A DNA stretch of 64,000 bases from Candidatus Bipolaricaulota bacterium (GTDB lineage: Bacteria; Bipolaricaulota; Bipolaricaulia; M55B111), in assembly GCA_018334915.1 (NCBI GenBank), contig JAGXLB010000001.1, forward strand, positions 11,017 to 75,016, in the 5' to 3' direction. Made by a program: the position numbers and the translations under genes. Shown here one piece after another: positions 59,802 through 64,000 of the stretch. Position 1 is the stretch's first letter. The number at the start of each line of letters is the position of its first letter. The notes under the pieces were generated by a model. It made no database searches, had not been told where the DNA came from, and saw only the letters and a program-made list of their open reading frames with translations.

Positions 59802-60458
59802 ATGGTAACTCCCGCAGGAAATAATGAGCCCAACCTAGTGCTGCTGGGAGGCCCGGGTGCAGGTAAAGGGACTCAGGCTGAAAAACTTATGGAGGACAGA
59901 AAGATTCAGCATCTCGCGACCGGCGATATACTGAGGGACGAGGTAGATAAAGGTACAGAACTGGGACTTAAGGCAAAGAAGTATATGGACGAAGGAGAGC
60001 TGGTTCCCGACGAGCTGGTCGTGAATATGGTTGAAAAGCGATTAACAAAACAGAAAGGTTACCTGTTTGACGGCTTCCCCAGGACGATAGACCAGGCGAA
60101 AACTCTCGATGAGTTGATAAATTTAGATCTGGTTGCCTATATAAAAATAGACAAGTCGGAAGCCGTAAGGAGACTGGCGGCGAGAAGAGTATGTTCCGAA
60201 TGTGGTAAATTATATAATACGATATTTAAGCCCCCTGAAACGGAAGGAGTATGTGACGAATGTGGCGGTGATCTTTATCAGCGTGACGACGACAGACCAA
60301 AAGTTATCCGCGATAGATTTGAAACATTTTTGGAGGAAACGGCTCCGTTGATCGACTTTTACAGGGAGAAGGGACTGCTTCAAGAAATTGACGGAGAACA
60401 GGAACCGGAAAAGGTTTACAGAGAAATTAAGAGCGTCCTCCAGGAGAGTACCGGTTGA
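59802..60458 (+). CDS. adk: Adenylate kinase (zinc-binding LID)
   Basis: 218 aa; P-loop GGPGAGKGTQA; LID domain with C4 (CSECG...CDECGG). Confidence 0.97.
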   Translation: MVTPAGNNEPNLVLLGGPGAGKGTQAEKLMEDRKIQHLATGDILRDEVDKGTELGLKAKKYMDEGELVPDELVVNMVEKRLTKQKGYLFDGFPRTIDQAKTLDELINLDLVAYIKIDKSEAVRRLAARRVCSECGKLYNTIFKPPETEGVCDECGGDLYQRDDDRPKVIRDRFETFLEETAPLIDFYREKGLLQEIDGEQEPEKVYREIKSVLQESTG

Positions 60459-61210
60459 TGATCAAGATAAAATCCACTTCGGAACTTGAAATTATGAGAG
60501 AAAACGCTAGTATTTTGAGGAACATTCTTGACAAAGTAACCTCCAGGACTGAACCCGGTGTAACCACCCAGGAATTGGATAGTTACGCTGAAAACCTCAT
60601 TCACGACGTGGATGGAAGGCCCGCATTTAAGAACTATCGTGGTTTCCCCAGCTCTTTGTGTACGTCATTGAATGAAGAGATAGTTCACGGTATCCCGAGC
60701 AGCAGGGAACTTGAGACGGGAGATTTACTTTCCCTGGATATCGGGATAGAAAGGAACGGGCTGTTCGCTGATTTTGCGACTACGGTTCCCGTAGGAGAAG
60801 TATCTGAAAAAGCGATGAGCCTGATAGAAGCTACCGATGAGGCGCTTACTAAGGGGATTGAACAGGTGACAGTGGGAAATCGGATAGGCGATATTTCGCA
60901 CGTGATTGGGTCGTTTGTTAGTGAAGAAGGCTATCACGTGGTAAAGGAATTCGTCGGTCACGGTATTGGTAGAGATATGCACGAGGACCCTCAAATTCCG
61001 AACTACGGAGAGCCGGATACGGGTAAGAGAATAGAAGAAGGGATGGTTTTCTGTATTGAGCCGATGGTTAAGCTTGACGACAAGAAAGTGGAAGTTTTAG
61101 AGGATGGCTGGACCACTGTAACGGCGGACCGGGATATATCTGCTCACTTCGAAGGTATGGTTACAGCTACCGAGTACGGACCTGAAGTTTTAGTCAGGGG
61201 TGGTCTATAA
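60455..61210 (+). CDS. map: Methionine aminopeptidase type I
   Basis: 251 aa; ...[11 protein letters not shown]... plus the metal ligands HGIGR..HE and EPM. Confidence 0.95.
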   Translation: MMIKIKSTSELEIMRENASILRNILDKVTSRTEPGVTTQELDSYAENLIHDVDGRPAFKNYRGFPSSLCTSLNEEIVHGIPSSRELETGDLLSLDIGIERNGLFADFATTVPVGEVSEKAMSLIEATDEALTKGIEQVTVGNRIGDISHVIGSFVSEEGYHVVKEFVGHGIGRDMHEDPQIPNYGEPDTGKRIEEGMVFCIEPMVKLDDKKVEVLEDGWTTVTADRDISAHFEGMVTATEYGPEVLVRGGL

Positions 61211-61215
61211 AAGCC

Positions 61216-61443
61216 ATGGCTGAAAAAGAAGACGACGATATCATAAGAAAGCGGGGAGAGATAGTTGAAGCGCTGCCCGATTCGATGTTTAAGGTCGAAC
61301 TGGACAATGGGCACGAGGCTATTTGCCATATATCAGGTAAGATAAGAAAGCATTTTATTAGAATAGTTCCTGGAGACAGGGTTCTGGTGGAGTTTTCGCC
61401 CCATGACTTGAGTAAAGGAAGGATAGTATACCGAGAGTCCTGA
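61216..61443 (+). CDS. infA: Translation initiation factor IF-1
   Basis: 75 aa; S1-like OB fold (...[60 protein letters not shown]). Confidence 0.95.
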   Translation: MAEKEDDDIIRKRGEIVEALPDSMFKVELDNGHEAICHISGKIRKHFIRIVPGDRVLVEFSPHDLSKGRIVYRES

Positions 61444-61458
61444 TTGAGGGAGGTTGAT

Positions 61459-61572
61459 ATGAAGGTCAGAAGTTCGGTGAGAAAGATATGTGACGATTGT
61501 AAAATTATTAAACGGAATGGAAGAGTTGAGGTTATTTGTAAGAATCCGAAGCACAGACAACGTCAGGGTTAA
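61459..61572 (+). CDS. rpmJ: 50S ribosomal protein L36
   Basis: 37 aa: [37 protein letters not shown] (zinc-ribbon form). Not in the ORF track because it is under 60 aa. Confidence 0.9.
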   Translation: MKVRSSVRKICDDCKIIKRNGRVEVICKNPKHRQRQG

Positions 61573-61595
61573 TAAAAATAAATAGGTGATAAAGG

Positions 61596-61955
61596 ATGCC
61601 TAGATTAGCAGGTGTGGATATTCCGGAGGACAAGAAAGTCAAGATATCCCTTACATATATAAAAGGTATAGGGAGCAATCGGGCCAGAAAAATAGCCGAG
61701 ACTTCGGGAGTGGATCCCGATGAATTTGTTTACGATCTTACTGAAGCTGACGTAGCTAAACTTAGAAACGCGATTGATGAATATCGTGTAGAAGGTGACC
61801 TGGAGCGAAAGGTCGAGGCGGATATTGAGAGATTGAAGGATATCGGTTGTTATCGGGGGGAGAGACACAAGGAAGGGTTGCCGGTACGAGGACAGAAGAC
61901 TCAGTCTAACGCGAGAACTTGGAAAGGTCCGCGAGAATCGAAGGCGGGCAAATAG
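61596..61955 (+). CDS. rpsM: 30S ribosomal protein S13
   Basis: 119 aa; PRLAGVDIPEDKKV.ISLTYIKGIG... Confidence 0.97.
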   Translation: MPRLAGVDIPEDKKVKISLTYIKGIGSNRARKIAETSGVDPDEFVYDLTEADVAKLRNAIDEYRVEGDLERKVEADIERLKDIGCYRGERHKEGLPVRGQKTQSNARTWKGPRESKAGK

Positions 61956-61985
61956 AGTTCGGATATGAAACAGGGAGAGATTTAA

Positions 61986-62321
61986 TTGGCACGCAAACAA
62001 GTAAAGCTGAATAAAGCGCGCGTCCACGTTAATGCTTCGTTTAACAATACGATATTGACGTTGACTGATACGGATGGAGACGTAATTTCCTGGGTTACCC
62101 CGGGTGCCGTGGGTTTCAAGGGTTCGCGAAAGGGTACTCCTTACGCCGCGCAGGTTGCTGCGGAAAACTTAGTTGAAGAATTACGCGATTACGGGGTTCA
62201 ATCGGTTATCGTAACAGTAAAAGGTACTGGATCAGGGAGAAACTCGGTAATCCAGACGATCGAGGGAGCAGGGATCGAGGTAACCAAAGTGGCAAACATA
62301 ACCCCCAGGGCACATAGTTGA
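61986..62321 (+). CDS. rpsK: 30S ribosomal protein S11 (short C-terminus)
   Basis: 111 aa; ...HVNASFNNTILTLTD..G..ISW.T.GAVGFKGSRKGTPYAAQ... Ends ITPRAHS*, lacking the usual ...TPIPHNGCRPPKKRRV tail. No alternate frame restores the tail. Confidence 0.9.
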   Translation: MARKQVKLNKARVHVNASFNNTILTLTDTDGDVISWVTPGAVGFKGSRKGTPYAAQVAAENLVEELRDYGVQSVIVTVKGTGSGRNSVIQTIEGAGIEVTKVANITPRAHS

Positions 62322-62336
62322 CAGGAGGATATTGAT

Positions 62337-62960
62337 ATGGGAAGAGATACCGAAGCTAAATGTAAGAAATGTAGGAGAGAAGGTACGAAGTTGTTCTTGA
62401 AAGGGGAAAAATGCTATTCGGATAAATGCCCCCTGACGAGAAAGTCTTATCCCCCTGGCGAAGCCGGGGAGAGTAGGTCAAGGTGGTCTCAATATAGAAT
62501 AAGGTTGCGGGAAAAACAGAAAGCCCGTCGAATTTACGGGGTTCGAGAAGAGAAGTTCCGAAACTACTTTGAACAGTCCGACGAGAGCAAGGAAGTTACA
62601 GGCGAAGCCCTCCTGAAGACCCTGGAAAGACGGCTTGATAATGTTCTATATAGGAGTGGGCTGGCCGAGTCGCGCGATCAGGCGCGTCAGATGATTAATC
62701 ACGGCCACATAGAAGTAAATGGCCGATCGGTCGACATCCCTTCCTATATGACAGATGAGGGGGACGTAGTTGCCTTTAAGGACTCTTCCAGGAGTAAAGA
62801 GGGTTTGAGAAGTTTGGTCGACGAAGATAATCCTAGAATTCCGTCCTGGATAGACGTAGAAACTGATAACATGAGAGCTTCTGTTTTAACCGAACCCGCT
62901 ATTGAGGACGTTGAAGAGTCACTTCAAGTAAATAGAATTGTAGAGTTCTACTCTCGATAG
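62337..62960 (+). CDS. rpsD: 30S ribosomal protein S4
   Basis: 207 aa; N-terminal zinc-finger-like CKKCRREGTKLFLKGEKCYSDKC plus an S4 RNA-binding domain. Confidence 0.97.
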   Translation: MGRDTEAKCKKCRREGTKLFLKGEKCYSDKCPLTRKSYPPGEAGESRSRWSQYRIRLREKQKARRIYGVREEKFRNYFEQSDESKEVTGEALLKTLERRLDNVLYRSGLAESRDQARQMINHGHIEVNGRSVDIPSYMTDEGDVVAFKDSSRSKEGLRSLVDEDNPRIPSWIDVETDNMRASVLTEPAIEDVEESLQVNRIVEFYSR

Positions 62961-62985
62961 AGCATTAATAAATAGCGGAGGGCTA

Positions 62986-63942
62986 ATGTTAGAATATATT
63001 GAGCCAGAAGACGTTCATTTCGAAGAATTAGACAATACGCATGGCCGCCTTATTGTCGGCCCCCTGGAACGAGGTATGGGTACTACGCTGGGAAATTCTC
63101 TGCGCAGGGTGCTGATGTCGATGATACCTGGTGCAGCAGTGACCAGGGTCCGGTTTGACGGTAAGTATCACGAGTACGATACTATTGAGGGAGTAAGGGA
63201 AGACATTATTGAGATCATCATGAATGTCAAAGAGACCTCCCTTAGATTAGATAGAGCGGAAGAAAGAAAGATGTATCTTGAAGCCTCAGGGTCAGGTGAA
63301 GTAGTTACGGGTGACTTGCAGGTTGAGTCCGGGATAAAGGTTATCAACTCCGATCACGTATTGGCCCACCTGTCCGATGGAGCGGAAATAAACATGGAGA
63401 TGGATGTAGAGGCCGGTATGGGATATCGCTCCGCCGACGAAAACAAGGTCGAGGATTCTCCTCTATCCGTAATCCCCATTGACTCGAATTTTTCTCCTGT
63501 TGAAAAGGTCGATTTTGACGTAAGTAACGTAAGAGCCGGGGGTAAAGAAGACTGTGACAGGCTGGAACTTGAACTGGAAACGGATGGAGGAATTAGACCG
63601 GAAGAAGCCGTAGGTCGCGCATCTCGAATACTGGCCAGAAGGTTTGAACTATTTTCCAACTTGCCCGAGCATCCGTTTGGAGAACTGGGGACGTTACAGG
63701 AAGTTGAGGAAGAAGTACCCGAGGAATTCGAAGAGAGACTTGAAGATCTTGGATTTAACCAGCGAGCCTGTAACTTGCTTCAGGAGAAAGGTGTAGAAAC
63801 ACTTGAAGATTTGCTGGATCAGACTTCCGACAAATTACTCGATATTCATGGGTTCGGAAGCAAGACGCTTCAAAAGGTCGAAGATAAACTTGATGAACTG
63901 GGCTACTCGTTAGCTGATCAGGAGGAGGACAATGGATCATAA
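62986..63942 (+). CDS. rpoA: DNA-directed RNA polymerase subunit alpha
   Basis: 318 aa; N-terminal domain (LERGMGTTLGNSLRRVLMS) and a C-terminal domain with HhH (LEDLGFNQRACNLLQEKGVETLEDL); acidic tail. Confidence 0.97.
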   Translation: MLEYIEPEDVHFEELDNTHGRLIVGPLERGMGTTLGNSLRRVLMSMIPGAAVTRVRFDGKYHEYDTIEGVREDIIEIIMNVKETSLRLDRAEERKMYLEASGSGEVVTGDLQVESGIKVINSDHVLAHLSDGAEINMEMDVEAGMGYRSADENKVEDSPLSVIPIDSNFSPVEKVDFDVSNVRAGGKEDCDRLELELETDGGIRPEEAVGRASRILARRFELFSNLPEHPFGELGTLQEVEEEVPEEFEERLEDLGFNQRACNLLQEKGVETLEDLLDQTSDKLLDIHGFGSKTLQKVEDKLDELGYSLADQEEDNGS

Positions 63943-64000
63943 AACAAAGGGTTGGAATATTGCTAAATCGAGCCACCAGAAACAGATACTAGCTAATCTC
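63932..64000 (+). CDS. rplQ: 50S ribosomal protein L17 (3' partial; runs off the window end)
   Basis: Begins MDHKTKGWNIAKSSHQKQILANL (the typical L17 N-terminus is M.H.K.G.KL.R.S.HR.AMLRNL). Overlaps the rpoA stop. Confidence 0.8.
   Translation, partial: MDHKTKGWNIAKSSHQKQILANL

Noticed and set aside
1-64000. CRISPR arrays, rRNA genes, IS elements or prophage genes
   Set aside because: No regularly spaced direct repeats, no rRNA-like conserved stretches, and no transposase or integrase ORFs were seen anywhere in the window.

Overview
The window is a densely coding, mostly housekeeping stretch of a bacterial chromosome, roughly 45-50% GC by eye; the proteins are strikingly rich in Glu/Asp, often with acidic tails. 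Content in order: a PAS sensor histidine kinase (running off the 5' edge), Crp/Fnr and Lrp/AsnC regulators, and guaA, all on the minus strand; folP; an amphi-Trp-like small protein; a minus-strand block ribE-ribBA-ribH-hisS-aldo/keto reductase; yidC-jag-mnmE followed by a SigB/F-type sigma factor and a small acidic ORF; radC; a secreted TPR-like protein; rplI; a secreted phosphodiester-glycosidase (DUF2233)-like protein; murJ; a Cys-rich hypothetical protein with dxr and ftsH on the minus strand, preceded by tRNA-Gln and tRNA-Glu; a MEMO1-like protein, yicC, gmk and acpS; plsY, rpsA, plsC, cmk and ispE on the minus strand; era, deoC, recO and hpf; a ThiI-like PP-loop protein with a degenerate ATP motif; pcrA; an FmdB zinc-ribbon protein. 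A very long rpoC (1661 aa, lineage-specific inserts) has no adjacent rpoB. It is followed by rpsL-rpsG-fusA with no tuf, then the S10/spc/alpha ribosomal operons (no L30) through secY-adk-map-infA-rpmJ-rpsM-rpsK-rpsD-rpoA and the start of rplQ. I found no rRNA, no CRISPR array and no transposase, integrase or phage genes. No self-contained novel multi-gene system (defence, toxin-antitoxin or similar) is evident. The observations most worth follow-up are: a modular intergenic repeat family (three loci) whose conserved core includes a minus-strand intrinsic terminator plus about 35 nt of extra conserved sequence; the ThiI-like protein whose SGGxDS motif reads SGSLSS; rpoC separated from rpoB; and an L24 variant with a CxxC...CxxC zinc ribbon.
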